Shown: piece by piece, positions 1 through 14,500 of the stretch
Layout: each line of letters starts with the position of its first letter
How positions within the stretch are numbered: position 1 is the first letter of the stretch
Assembly: GCF_000143415.4 (NCBI RefSeq)
Contig: NW_003314262.1
Location: 142,183-206,182 of the forward strand
From: Selaginella moellendorffii
Taxonomy: Eukaryota; Plantae; Lycopodiophyta
Reading direction: 5' to 3'
Length of the DNA: 64,000 bases
The notes under the pieces: generated by a model
Database searches by the model: none
Told to the model about the DNA's origin: nothing
Seen by the model: the letters and a program-made list of their open reading frames with translations, nothing else
Program-made: the position numbers and the translations under genes

Positions 1-950
1 AGTAATGAGCAAAAATTGCCATTGCATGTTGATAATTTTGTTACATTACTCTAGGTCCACCACTATAACTTGAAGGTAGTATAACAATTTTACCAGATTC
101 ATATTTTCATTTAAAGCACAATTTACAACATAATCAATAAGACCAATATACATTTGTAGTCGTAATTATTTTTAGTGGATATGATAATATTGTAAGTTAT
201 TACTCTCAATAGGCATCAACAATATATTGTTGAGTAAGCTTGCCAACATGTAAGATTTGGTCAAAACCTAATTGTAGTGTGTCTCTTTTAGATAAACAAT
301 ATATATAATATAGAAGTAATATGGTTCAACATCATTGTGTATTCAAAATATTTGCATGCTATCCTTTATCACCAAAAGGAAATATCAAGGGATAAACCAT
401 AGGATCACAATTAGCATCAAGTGTTGAAATATTTATGGAAATATTTGCCATAGAATATATACAAATTTCATGTCTATGTGGGGGTTTTCCAGTTTCAGTA
501 ACAAACAAAAACAATAGCAACATTATTTGTTTATGGTATACTATAGCATCAATGATTAGTTCTTTCATTCCTTAGTAACATATAAACACCATGTAAAAGA
601 TGGTCTATAACTGCTACTTCACAAAGTTCTTTTTGTTCCATTTTATACATCATTTTATAAGCATGTGTATATGGATTAATTTGATGGAGGAGTGTATCAA
701 GATGTAATAATAAATCTCGCTCACAACTTGTATTAAATAAGTTTTGATGCCTTATATTTGTGGCTTCTTGTATATCTAGCATATAAAGTTGCCCATAAGA
801 TGGATTTTGATCTCTAGAAGAGTGTGACAGCATGCCATTATAGTAAATCTATCTATGAATTCTAAAGCAGTAAGGACCATTACCCCTTAAAGTGTCAATA
901 TTAACAGCCATTGATGCAAATGCATGCATTACAAAAAAAACACAAATAGA
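1..950 (-). mobile_element. Degraded Helitron-like Rep fragment
   Basis: Minus-strand peptides 'AFASMAVNIDTLRGNGPYCFRIH', 'SYGQLYMLD', 'LLHQINPYTHAYK' and 'NCDPMVYPLIFPFGDKG' resemble the N-terminal region of Helitron Rep/Hel proteins. Interrupted by stops and frameshifts. Confidence 0.6.
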
Positions 951-2109
951 TGATAAAAAATCAATTTCAAAATTTGAAATTTGTGAATCTTTGTAAATAG
1001 TGTGACTTGCTAGTGAGGTGGAGATGGTATAGTGGACATTTCTTGATGTGTATATATTTTATTTTTAATCTGAAGTAATTTGAAGCAGCTCAGGGTGCTT
1101 ATCAAAATTATTAGTATTGAAATTCTTATCAAAATGTGGTATTTTTTATAATTCTAAGAAGATGATGAAAGTAAGGTATAATTTGAAAATTTCAAGTACA
1201 AAGCTAGAAAACTATAACTTATACAAGTTTATATTTATGAACAAACTTGAATTTATAATAGAAATCTGAAACAGTGTTAGTATGTGATGGAGGCTAAGGA
1301 TATAAACAAACACGAACCTGCTGTGTACTTGGTTCTGTGTGCTTGTCTAGGGTTTTCCAATTGCTTGCTAGAGAAGGGTGTACCATAAACTAAGAAGAAA
1401 AACTAACCTTTTACTGCAAGCTGTTCTGATTCTTGGCAGTGCCCTCAAGCCGAAACTCTAATCGTGAGATTTAGGCTTATGTGAAGTAAGAGCTAAAAAA
1501 TTGTGATGTGCTGAATACAGATTTTGGGGATCGGGATTTCCACAGCATCGCGAGCCATCAAGGTTTCTCACTGCCTTAGCCACAGCAGTGTCGGATCAGT
1601 CGCTATAGCTTAAGAATCTCCAGCGCCAGCATAGAGCAATGGTAAGAAATCATGAAATTGGTTGGTCCACTCAGGAAATTGCTTGAGACCCTGGGCAAGG
1701 AGATGAGGTAGTTGCAGGAGCTCATCGCACACTACAGCTCCAAGCTCATCCCACTTTCATGCTTGCCATTGGCACTAGGCTCAGATATCACCTGTAAAGC
1801 ACTCAATTCAAGGCAACTCTTGTCGGGGAGGATGATACAGAATGGAGTGAGGACACATTGTCTCGACAGTCCAATGAACTTCTGCTACAAATCACTTATG
1901 CAGTCAAGGTTCTAGTGAATCTAGTGGCTCTTCGTCAAGAGCTCTTGTAGTATAAGGAGAAGGAGGAGATGTAAGTTTTAAATAGCACAAAGTGTCACTG
2001 AAGTCTGGGATTTTATGGCCATGGCAGCCTTGCAATACTCCAAGTACAGCAAAGCTCTCAAGGTATGGTTGAGCTAAATGCCCCAAAATTCTTGGATGAT
2101 TGAGCCCTA

Positions 2110-2770
2110 GAAACGTTATAGCATGTGGAGATCCCAGTCCCCGATGCCCGAAAAGGACGAAATTCTGGTCAAGATTGAAGCTACAATGATCAATCTTATA
2201 GATTGGAAGCTCCAGAAGGGAATGCTCAAGATCATCTATTTAATCAAATTGCCATATATACCTTGTAAACATTTAGGCTTTTTTCTCTTGAGCTGGAGTT
2301 GAGATTCTTTATTTCTCTTGGCTCTTTTTTTTTTTTTTTTGGCTTTTTCATCTATGCAGGCTCTGATGTGAGTGGAAAAGTTGTAAGCATTGGCCCCAGC
2401 ATCACTGGATTCTCACAGGGAGACAAAGTTGTCTCTTGGCTCGATCTTAATATGATCTTCATGTTTTTTTTTCCTTTCTCGCTTGAGAGGTTTGTCACAC
2501 TAAAAATTTTGGTGGTTTTCATAGTGCAGTGGAGGATTTGCACAATATGCTATATCTGCAATAAAATACATGACCAAGAGGCCATCAAGAGTTCCAATTG
2601 TCAAGGCTGCGGCTTTATCACTGCTACCTCTAGTGGTATGGGTACTTATGTTGTTCAAGTGAGTTATTCTTTTTCTTTCTTCAATCTTTCACGCATGGTT
2701 TCTCCTTATTGGCTAGTGAAGCTTTCCGGCACTCATGTCATTGCAACCTGCAGTGCTTGACACATCAAGA
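2110..2770 (+). pseudogene. Zinc-binding dehydrogenase / quinone oxidoreductase-like (ceQORH-like) pseudogene fragment
   Basis: Exon-like pieces 'HVEIPVPMPEKDEILVKIEATMINLIDWKLQKG', 'GSDVSGKVVSIGPSITGFSQGDKVV', 'ITATSSGMGTYVVQ' and 'LVKLSGTHVIATCSA*', separated by intron-like T-rich gaps. Internal deletion and premature stop. Confidence 0.6.
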
Positions 2771-5534
2771 ATCCATTTGGGGTGAAGAATTCCTACATGA
2801 TTTGCTTCCTAGAGAGAGGTTTCAATTTGGAGCTTCCCCCACACTCACTGATGAGTAAAAGGAGCTACAAAACTTGTGGAGCCACCTGGGGGAGATTTCA
2901 AGCTCCTGGTTAGTGCATTCTCACACTTGATAAAATTTGAGGGTTCAAATGCTATTCACGAATCAAAGCTTAAGGTATATTGGTTTTTCTTCTTAAATTT
3001 TTTGGAACTTACAAATGACCATCATGAATCTAGAGATGTTTTGGCATGGAAGTGTTATCTTAAATGCGGTCGATGCCACAACCACAACAGCCAAGAAGGA
3101 GTCAACATATAAGAGGAAGAAGAGTTTTGGAGGGATTCACGCTCTACCTCCACTTCAAACTTTTTGCTGTCTGATTACGTGGGAAGTTATAGAGGATCCC
3201 ATGGAGATACCAAAGTGGAGCTAGACTCACTGGAAGTGAAGCCGAAGTTCAGTGGAGAGTCCTGAAAGAGACTTTGAGGTTTCAATCCAACACCAAGTCA
3301 ATATAATGGATCCTAGATACAATTATGTAGTAAGGTTATAGATAATATAATGTACAAATAAAAGACAAAAACACATTGTGGAACAGAAAATGAAAGTGTA
3401 CAATAATTTAATCAACCTTGAATGCAATAACCTTTGGCAAGCTTTAATCAGCACCACTGGAGAATAAAAAGTGGTATGTTGGTGGCTTCTTTGTCTCTAA
3501 AAGTTTGATTGCCCTGGGCATTTGAGTACAAATGCACATCCTTAGAAATTGGCCAGGAGTGAAACCATATGCCTAGCCTATATAAGTGTCCTCCATGCAA
3601 ATATCTTGGGGGTGGCCACTATCTAGATAGAATTTACCATGGACCCACAAACTTTGGAAAGATGTTCATTCATTCTTGCAATTAATCAATATCTCATGTT
3701 TGTTTCTTGATCCTAAACTTTTTGCAAATATAGCGGTTGCAACAAATAGAGATTGCTCAAGGGTTTTCAAGGATGAAGTGGCTATTGACAAAACATGCAT
3801 TATGAACCACTAAAAAACATCATGAAAGACATACCCCAATGAAGTTCTTTCCATATATGAATGAGATAAAGTGCAATTACTTCTGTATGTGGTCCTAAGG
3901 CGTATCATCTAGAATAGTGAAGGGTGCAATCCTAAATACATTTTTGTCTTTAGTTCCACTATCGAAAATAGGACTTGGTATGTCTCTAGAAAACCATGAC
4001 AATTTGAGCTCATGATAGACATGGTCCATATCACCTAGCACATGCACTTGCTTTTGAAGTTCACAAAAAAAAATCCAGTCAAAATATTACAAATACCTTA
4101 TAGGTGTTTTTAGCTTTAGGATGATCAATAATGAACATAATGTTTGTAGTGTTAGGTGTTTGATCCACTAGTAATTGCCATAGCAACAATTGCAGAAGTA
4201 TAGGTAGAAGCATCTCTTGCAAACTAACTCAATGGAATAATGTCTGATGGCCTAACAAAGTTAAGCACTAGAGGAGCCTTCTCTAGCCATGCTTGAACAT
4301 GTATGACTGTAAAAATATCTATCAAGAAATAATGGAGCCCCAAATGATATTTTGGATTCTTGCTTCTAACCCTGTAGTGTTGAATACACAACCATTTAGA
4401 TGGCTTGAAAAGGTGGTTGTTATTATAAGTAGCGTTGGTTGCCATCTAAGCTGTCGTAAGGTGCATACCATAATTGTCAGTGAAATTGATATTAGGGGTT
4501 GTTTTGGTGATGGTGACGACAGTGGGGAGGCCCAGCAGTGTTGATGCCATACTTGTTGAGTGGACCTCATATTGGAAATCATTCAAGATAATACATATAT
4601 AAGAAGCGGCTCACCACCCGGATGAAACTATAGATCTGCAATATGAACACATGCATATTGTCTATATGCTAGGGTTTAGAATGCTATATAATTTGTGCTT
4701 AGCTAAAAAATCCTGTTACAAACACATAAATAAAAGAAACATTCTAAACGTGAGTACCTCCTACACTCCCACTGGGCACTTGGCTGGAAGTGTGTGTCTG
4801 AACGCCTAGATTTAACCACAAAGAAGGTTTAAGAAGTAAAGAAGCCAAGTGCTAGTGCCTACTAGAATAGTAAAGGGACTTTAAAAATCTAACAATTGTT
4901 TGAAGTCTTCTTGCACACCTATTCCTCAAGCAATAAAGCACTATATTGAAATAGACTAAATACCTTAAGCACTTAGTTGTGTAGGGCACTCAGATCCTGG
5001 AAAGAAAAGTGATTGGATTCTACTTTATCAAGATAAACACAAACCTAGTTCACTACTCTCTCCACCCATCTTTACATCACCTAAAACTTATTGAGCTTGC
5101 TATTGCGAAGAAACATCATCTAGTGATGATTAGTAATTGTAGTCTACATCTTCTTAAGACCCCAAATTAGAGTTGCTAGTTGCCACTGCAATTGCAGAGA
5201 AAGATCTTGAATTAGGCAGTTGATTAACCCAAAGTTAATCACAGCCATTGGCCAAACGCTCTACTTATTTTTTGCCATGTCATTGAACACATGTATTCCT
5301 TATGGTGCCTTTTTTGCTCAATAAACAACAAGCACAGTCTAGTCAACAGATTGCATGTGACATGTGCCGCAGTGCTATCTTCTCTTGCCCTAAGCAATTG
5401 GCCACCTCCCATTGGCTAAGAGCAAACATCAGTATGATTATTTGCTAAAATGTGGTTAAAGAAATAACCATTTGACAGTTACCCCCCCATTACACGGTTG
5501 TGATTGGCTGGATCTGGCAGCCAGAAAGTTCAGC

Positions 5535-7080
5535 ATTATTATAGATACTTTATAAAATACATTAATATATGTTGTAAATCTTAGTGTTTCTCATCACAGT
5601 GGGATCTGCAGCCTCATCAGTGGGATGTGATGATGCGGAGGTGGTATTGTGGTATGGGAGTACTAGGCCTAACAAGTGTGACCAGTGACCAATTGAGATC
5701 CAATCACTACCCCAAAACCAAGATGGCCAAGATGGGTAGGTGTGGTGTGTTCTACCTACCCATTGGTCCTTTGAGGGGGTGCATGAGATTGGCTTTGCCA
5801 GTGTTCCCCATTGCACTGGGTCCCTTTGATCCAGTAATTAATACCATCTTGATACCCGTATTCTAGCTATCCTCCTATGGTGGAATAGCTGAGGAACCAC
5901 AGCCTGTGTGTGGCTGCTGCACCCTCTCCCCGATCAAGCATCATTGGTGATGATCTAACCCCTATTGCTGCCACCACCAATGTGGGTGGAGTGGAAGGAT
6001 ATTAGCCCTAACCCACAACCTTTGCACAAGCAAGACTAGGCATCTAGATCATTGCCCTTCCACTTGCCTCTCCCCTACATGAACACACCCTCTAGGAAAG
6101 TGTGCTCAATCACACCCAATGGGCAATTCTAATGTTTGTGTGCGCTACCACACATGGACCCTCTCCTTGGCTGTGATGGCCTCTATCTTACCCCACTTGC
6201 TGATGGGATAGGCCACTTGGCAGAGCAGATGGTCTCAACAGCTGCTTGATGGTGTTGACCCACACATGATTGATTGGGGTGGTGTGAGCAGCCATTGCAC
6301 CACCAGCTGTAGTAGGTGGTTCACATCGAACTCGATGATAAAGGATTGAGATTGGTGAGGGTGAGTGGGGTGATTGCCCTTTGAGAGACAATATATAACA
6401 GGAAGAAGAAGAAGCACGTCATCAGCAAAGCCAATCTAAGCTAAGCACCCTCCCACCATCTTGGCCAAACCCACTTCTATGTCCAAACTCTCTTTCTTTC
6501 CTTCTCCTGATAATTGTATATCATCCTAATGACATTGATGGTAACATGATCAACATGGGCCATGCCCCTGAAGATGAGTGCACTACTACTTGTTGGGACC
6601 AGTGCTGATTGATCGGAATGTATATTGTGGACATTCTATTGGGCATGGGGTACTTCATTGGTCATTGGCTCAAGATTGTCATCAAACACCAAAGATAGTG
6701 GTCTCTGCAAACCCATCTTGATGCTTCTACCAACTACATTGAGACTAATTTGAAGAGAAATATAATCCACCCTTTTATTGCCTATGCATTTTCAATAGGG
6801 CATCCCCCTGAGCCACTTAGGAACTGCCCCAAAAGACCAAGCACAGGCATTATATGGATCAATTTGGTGTCCCCACTGAACCTCAGAGGTTGCCGTAGGT
6901 GAATAGATGATGGATTTATACATGCACATTGACACTTTCTCCATCCGCGTACTGGGGAGCCCACCACAACATCACCCTAATCCTCCAAGCTGACAAGTTC
7001 TACCTGGTACATTGGGTGGTGTGTTTGGTGGGGGTTTCTGGGCACTAAGGGGGCTGAAAGGGGGAAGGGGTGGCATCATA
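5535..7080 (-). mobile_element. Degraded interspersed repeat, possibly a non-LTR retroelement
   Basis: 5535-6000 has an inverted homologue at about 28022-28530 (shared 'gggagtactaggcctaacaagtgt'). The minus strand near 6420 reads 'IGFADDVLLLL', an RT-like FADD motif. No long ORF. Confidence 0.35.
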
Positions 7081-7454
7081 TAATGATTTGAATGCTTTGA
7101 CTTAAATTAGATTTCAAGGCAATGCTAATTCAAGTATGCCTAAGTGGATGGTCCACCTCTTCTAGCTCTAGATTAATTTGTTCTTTAAACTTCAAGGCAT
7201 TGACAACAACAAGCAAAAGTCTATACTTCAATTGAAGCTATGGAAGCAATAGAAGAGTTGTGGACCACATTTCACAAATTAAACAGGTACCTTTAGTGAT
7301 TGGATTGCCAGACAAGCTTTATATTGCTTTATAGTATAATGTTTTAATATGAAATATACATATGTTTTCACAGTGTAGAATATGAACAGTACCATCCATT
7401 CATAGTCTAAACCCCAATTAATATACCATCCACCCCCTCTCTCTCTAAAATGTT

Positions 7455-8015
7455 AAGGTAAGGGGGAAACTTTTAACCTCTTGCTCCATGCACCCTGCTA
7501 GTGACATAGCATTGGACTTGGGGAAAAGGGGCAAACTTAGTGTCCCCCCCTGAAAATTTCTCCCAATGCCTGGAACCCAGTAGAATAAATTTATAAAATG
7601 GTGCCACATATAAAAATAGTAATCATTACTTATTAAAAAAAAAGAATTTAGAAAATTATATCAATGACATTACAGGGTTTGAAAAACTTTCTTCAATGGA
7701 ACCACCCTAACAGTAGGGTGGGGGAAATTTTTCAAAGGAGGGAGCTTTTAACCCTTTGTTCTATACACTCTGCCAATGACATTGCACAGAAGGTAGGGAA
7801 TTTAGTGTCCCCCCAAAATATTTCCTCATGCCTGGAATCTGATAGAACAAATTAATAAAATAATGACACATATAAAATGGCAATTTAATATTAATGACAT
7901 TGCTTTTTTAAAAAGGGTTACATGTAACTTTAAAATTTTAGGAGGGTGGAAAGGAACCCTTCAAAAGGGGGAACTTTTAATCAGGAAATTTTAACCCCTT
8001 ATTCAATGCACCTAG
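7455..8015. repeat. Degenerate tandem repeat, about 230-280 bp period (two copies plus a partial third)
   Basis: 'cttttaacc...ttagtgtcccccc...atgcctggaa...cacatataaaa' recurs at about 7465-7620 and 7742-7885, with a partial start at about 7968. Confidence 0.6.
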
Positions 8016-8378
8016 GGTCACAACCACAACCTTTGGACACAGGTCCCTTCACTCAGTTCCTTTGGCTTCTTTTACAGATGCTTTCCAAAGCTAGCCAACT
8101 ATTCCTCTTCTGCTTTCTGCCTTGATCATGGCTTTGGCTTGTTAAATTGGATCCTCCACAAGTCTTCTGTTCTCATCGAGTTCTCGGCCCAATAAGGGCA
8201 TTGAGGTTACCTATCTGCCTTTTGTTGTCATCACACACAGGAAAGGGCCAAAACCAAGGAACCTGCTTGGATACTCGTTAGAAGTACGTCACGTCCGAAC
8301 ACACCACCATGGAAACGAACTTTTCTCTTAAATGACCCGAGTCAAACAAAAACTAATCTTTAGATACAACTCTATTAG

Positions 8379-10896
8379 TCACACTGGAGGAAAGAACTTG
8401 TTGAGATTGAAAGGCAGCTTGTAAAACTCCTCGTTCCTCTTGTCAGCTCCAAAGGTCCGGAAGTTCTTCCACCAATTCGCTCCTCTATCCTTCTTTGTCA
8501 CCTTAAGCTTGAGTGTGTTGTCGAGGACGACGCCAACGATCAGCGCAATCACTGGCCCGGACGAGAGAGTCACGTTCAATATATCGTTAAACTGCGCGAC
8601 CAGACTCGGAGTTTAGTGCCTACGTAGTGATTCTCGAGAAGAAGCTAGCTTACCCAGTGTGATTTCGTGTGAACTGGGCCATGTCCAGCCGAGATTGTAA
8701 ACTCTCGAATGTATTCCGGGACGGAGAAAGCCATGAACACGGAGAAGCCGAGAATGATCAAGTTGCGAGGTAAGTTGAGGTTTGTGAACTGGAGATACGA
8801 GACACCACTCGCAGCTAGGATAGAGAGAGGGTTAGAGGGTTTAGGGTTTAAGAGAGAGGGTTAAAGAAAGAAAATTCACCCAAGACTCCGAAGAGCACGC
8901 AGTAGATGCCAGCCACCATTGCCGCGGGGATCGATGCAAAGATACCACCGAATTTTCCTGGAAACAATTCACTTACTCGTTAGATCGTGAGTCTTCCAAA
9001 CCTGAGAAGAAGTTCTTACCGAACAAGCTGAAAAAGATCATGAAGAAAGCTGCGACTTGGATGGTTCGTCGGCTTCCAACTCGAGTGATACCAACAAGCC
9101 CCGCATTCTCACTGCAAAAAGATCCCACCTTTACAGAACAGCAGCAAAAACGAGAAAAAAGAACTTACACAGAGATAGTCGGACCAGCTGCCGTTCCAAA
9201 GATACCATTTATGAAAATTCCAACACCCTGTGAATCGAAAAATTGATGGATCTTATGCAAAGTTTGATGTGGATCTACAAACCTGCCAGCCAATACCACG
9301 GCTCAGGACGTACGAGGGAGGTGGCGTAGCACCAGCGAGCCGCGCAATCCCATAAAACGATCCAGTCGACTTGGAAAGAAAAGAAAATAGCCGAGTGATC
9401 GACCGATCGAGTGGATTTCAAAAAAACAATAGAGCTTACTTCGACTAGTGACACAATGGCACCGGCAAGCATCCCAAACGCATGGCTCGCGTTGAAAGTT
9501 GGAGCTCCCCATTCCAGTGGGTATGGAACACGAATCCTACAAACAAGGAGAGAGTTTTAATCTTGTGACAGTTTCATGTTCATACCATGGAGAGGATCGA
9601 ATGAGATTGGCCCGATCAGTCCGGCAGTGGATCTGTCCTAGCTCGCTCGAGTGCTTGTAAGCGCCAGTGATTGTGAGGAAGTGAGCGTAGGCCCAGGTGA
9701 GAGCCACAGCGATGACAATTGCAAAGCGCTCGAAGAATGGCATCTTCTTGCTCGCCTTGAGCGTCTTGAGATACTGAAAATGCAAGAAACAATCACACAA
9801 ACTACTCGAGAGAAAATTACTTCTGCGTTAAATACCTGAGAGAACAGGAGTATGAGAAGAATCTGCGGGATCCCAATTTGGACGCACTTTCCAACCTGTG
9901 ATCAAAGAAAGATTTTATCTTTTTCGCGCAAAGAAATTTTTTTTTTTATAAGTTACCCCTGGAAAGCCGAGCTGAAACATCCCAATGCCGACCATCAAGA
10001 TCACGGGACCGATAGTGAGAGGACTCGTGTACCTGGGGACATGGAACAAAACAGAGAATGGATTTTCAAGGCCTAGTGTTCCAAGACAGGAAAAACAAAA
10101 ACAAACGATCGAGTCTTAAACTATACCTTGAAAAAATACCCCAGAGTCCACTGAAGCCAAGGACTATCTGGAGAATGGAGGCACAGATGAGAGCTCCCTG
10201 GATGGCTTTCATCGAGTGAAGAAACCTCTGAGAAGAACGATGGAAAACAAAACAAAATACCACTTTCAGGGTCAGCTTTGGATCGAATCGCAGAAGAAAA
10301 AATGGATTTTTTTTGTACCTCGCGATCGTCTGTGATGGCTCGCAGCTTGGGAGAGTTGATGATGCTGAATATGGGGAGGATGTAAGCGTAGGAACCCCCC
10401 ACAATGGCCGGAAGCCTAGTTCCAAGGAAGGACTGGATGAGCGTGTTGATGCCGCTCGCAAAGAGTAGTGTTTGAATCACTCGAGCCTTGTCCCTCTGAG
10501 AGGGAAAGAAGACATAACAAGAAGAGCAAGCAACCGATTTAGTTCTCTCTATCAGCGATCGAGAAGAAGAAGACTCTCAAACAAAGTTCAAGGTTTTCTA
10601 GAAAACAAGAAAACTTACATCGTTTCCCCCCATAGCGTAAACGAGAGGAGTCGTGACCAAAACCGTTGTTCCGACCATGGTAAGATAGTGCTGGAATCCG
10701 ACAAGAATGGTCTCGGCTGCTCAAAAAAAAAAAAAACGAGACCAAGAAAGTCACACATAAGAAACCCACGATCGATCGATCGGAAAAACCGCAAGAACAA
10801 ACCGAGAGGAGGGCTGTCATTGACACAGTAGTCAAGCTCGGGGAGCTGCTCTTGAACCAGGTGCTGGTAGTCATTTTTTCCCCCTCCTCCAGACAT
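8379..10896 (-). CDS. Nucleobase-ascorbate transporter (NAT/NCS2 family), multi-exon
   Basis: ATG at 10896 ('MSGGGGKNDYQHLVQEQLPELDYCVNDSPP'). Exons include 'IQTLLFASGINTLIQSFLGTRLPAIVGGSYAY', the NAT signature 'ENAGLVGITRVGSRR', and the C-terminus 'NEEFYKLPFNLNKFFPPV*' ending at 8379. Short GT-AG introns. Confidence 0.93.
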
Positions 10897-11544
10897 TTTG
10901 ATCTTCTCCGTGATGAAACCACTCAATCGCTCGCTCGATCGCTCGATCGCTGCTCGCAGCTTTTTCCTTGCGGCAGAAGAAACAAAAACAAATCTATAGG
11001 GAACTCGCGTCTTCTGTCTTACCGTAACTAGTGGTACTGTTACATCGTAAGCCGGGTCGGCATTTCGTGGCGGAATGTCGAGACACAACGCGATCGACGG
11101 CCTGGATCTTTTGGTGGGGATATTCCGGGCTAGCGTTAGGGGTTTAAGTAATCATCAGCGAATTCTTTCAACGGTAACTTTCGACGCGAGCCAAAGATCG
11201 AGAAAATTAAAAGTAATGCCTCCTTGCATGGTTTTTACGGCGGCCAACTTTACCAAGATATGAATATCGGGCTCTGTGATGTCGATGAATCCCACTATTT
11301 ATTTTGATGCATGTGAGCAGTAAACCATGACCACGAGAACATTCCACAACTTCATCTCATGATGTAGATTGATCATGAAATATAACAGTGACAAAATGTT
11401 ACTTTCATCGACTGTCTGGCATCTGGACTTGTGCTCAAGGTTAGATCCTCAATAAGAAGTTTATTTCTTTTTGGATCTACACCTTACTACAGATGAGTTA
11501 GGGCTTTTAAACAAAGTAACGTGAAGAGGGCTGGGGTGTGGCTA

Positions 11545-14500
11545 AGTTACTTCAACTCAATAATTCTTCCCTAGGTTCTAACAATAGAGCCCCTCCAACT
11601 CGTACTCCAGAGGAGAAATCCTTGAGTACAGTGGATGTTTGGTGGAAATCCAGCACATTCTTCAACAATAGCACGTACAGCAGGTAGAGATTTTAGAAGA
11701 GATAAGATACCTTAGGACGCATGTTGTTGATTGTCCTCCATACCATCGTCTCTTTTGCAATCACTGCAAATTGAGTACACATGACAAATCATGCTGTTGG
11801 AAGTTACACCCTGAGCAACGCCTACAGCCTCAGCAAGTTCTCCAACAACCTTTAGTGGACAACTCCTCGATTGCAGCCAAGTCCAGCTATTGTCAGATTT
11901 TACAGGAACGTGCAATTGAAGCTCTGCCAGCTTTGGACAAAGGAAAGAAAATCGCTGGCATCTATGTGATTCTTCCAGCTGAGGACTTTACCCAGGTTGT
12001 CATCACTAGTTGAGCTCGAGAAAAGAAGGCTGTGCCTACACATGTTGTTTCAGATGATTTCTCTGGTCTGGATTCCCCACCATCACCTCAAGCAAGCTCG
12101 ATGCCAACGGAAATTCAACTTCCATTCCCTCAACCACTTCCAGGTCAAGCACCTTTCCCAGGAGCAGCAGTGGAAATGCACTCGAGGAGATTTCCATGCC
12201 TTCTAGCAGCAGAATCTCACACTCAAGTTCCTTAAATATGTCACACACAAGCTCTGTGGTTTACGTTTGGATACTTCTCTCGGGGATTTGCAAGGCCCAT
12301 CACCTCAGTGGCATTTCATCACTTCAGTCTTCGCCTCAGAGACAGCCCATGAAGGTCGTCCTAAGTCCCGGCAAAGTCCTGGAGCTTTTCTCATTCCTGT
12401 CACTTATCAAGGGCATATGGCAGGGACTGCATTGGTAGACTGCGGTTCTGGAAATAACATGATGTCCCTCACGGTCATGCATGCACTGCGATTAGAGCTT
12501 ACAGAGCACAGCATCCCCATCATGCTTAAGAAATTTTCCCAACACCTTGTCATCCCCAAGGGCATTTGCAAAGATGTTGAGACCTTGGTCGATTTCTTGG
12601 TGGTAAACTACAAGACACCACTTTCTTTCGATAAAACAAACGATAAAAGCTAAAACATCGGAGGTACAATTAATCCTTGGATGAAGCTGCATCCATGCTC
12701 AAACAGATTGACACAAGGGATTGTTCTCCATTTTGGATGGCATTCATCATGCCACCTTCTCCAATCAGAAAGGCTCCCTCGTGTCATCACCAGTGGTTTC
12801 TTCCCTTGCAGCTGCTCACAGCACTCCATAGTTAATAGATTCCTTTCTAGTGGTCTTTCCAGAGCTCCTACAAGATGCTTCTCTCCCTGGGATCCATATT
12901 CTCCACTGTACTTCCAACAGGACGCTCCCTCGGAACTTGTTTGTCAAGCTCAACACTCAGTCACTCTTGACAACACCACAAATGCCATTTCCCCAGTGGC
13001 GACACAAAGTGGCAACGAGACCCCTAGCACCAGCTCCACCTACACTAATGATCTTCCTTCAGTTGCTATCGCTTTGGAGGCTGCTCAGCTCGCAATCCCA
13101 GTTCCTTTGCCGCCGTCACCTTTCTCAGTGACACCTCTCATTGCTGACTCCCAAGGCCAGGAGAGCATTGTTAATTCCTCATCTCTTTTTGAGAGCCCTC
13201 CAGAACTCTTTACAGCTTACTTCAACGGTGCATGGTCATCGAGCAGGAATTGGAGTGACAAATAGCAAACTGTGGCTCAGCTCTCCACAACACTTCCAGC
13301 AACTTCAGCCAACGAGGCAGAGTATTTGTCCATGATCTCTGCCATGGAGCTTGCCTCACAACATGGAATCTGCCACGTCCAATGCACAGGAGACTGTCAG
13401 CTTGTCATCCGGCAACTTAATGGCGAGTATCATGTCCACAAAACCAATATTCGTGACCTGCGGCAGTGAGCTATTGATCTCCAATCCCTCTTTGACACTG
13501 TCACTTTTCTGAGCATCGCACACACCAGGAATTTCTGGGCGGATAAACTTTCTCATGAAGCGATCAAGGTGATGGATGAACGAGTTCCTACAACGGCCAC
13601 GGAGCCACCACTGGATATGTTTGATGCTGACAACACATCCCTGACCCTAGATGATCGTTGCAAGCAGGCCTTCCTCTCGGACGACTCAGATCCAGTCTTC
13701 ATGAGTGTTCCACTGCATATGAAAACCAGCTCTTGGAGCTTCTTTGTTCTTTCAAAGATGCATTTGTGTGGGACTACTCCCACCTCCATGGAGGTCATTT
13801 GCCATGAGATCAAGCTCTTTGACAATGTTGTCCCACTTTGCCAAGGCATACGAAATTTTAACACAGCATTGTTGCCATCAATTAAGGAGGAACTCATGAA
13901 ACTTTTACATGTGGGAGTCAAGAGATTGGGTGTCCTGAAGAGATATGCGGAAGCTATGATGGACAAGGACTCGAAGGATAGTCAAATATAATGTCATAGC
14001 TATATATACATGATCAAGAGACACACCTCTAGCTTACACCTGTGAAGTGGCATTACTGCCACCTAAGATCATGTCATAAAGAGTGTATACCTCAACATGT
14101 CCAACATGGTTTTGGTGTGGAAAGTTAATGGCAAGCTGTGGATTTGCATAGATTTCCAACATTTCATGGCATTTGCCTTTCACGACTTGCTGGGTGATTC
14201 ATTGTGGGTCTACATGGACCATCTTTGCATAGCGTCAACCTCTTTTGAGGAGCATTTGCAGCACTTGGAGCTTGCCAGCATCATTGCTTCACTCTTAACC
14301 CAGACAAGTGTAAGTTTGCTGTCACCAAGGGCCACCTCTTAGGCTTTGATATCTTGTAGTCCCTCACATGGCACAACGCAAAGAAATTCTGGAGTTTTCG
14401 CCCCTGACTACAGTCAAGCAGCTGCACTGTTTTCTTGGGATTCTTTTGACGTTTTATCCAAGGCTACGCCTCAATTTTTTGACCTCTGGTGATGCTATTA

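Noticed and set aside
3300-4700. Coding-like degraded segment
   Set aside because: Multiple stops in the frames I read and no recognisable motif; could not assign.
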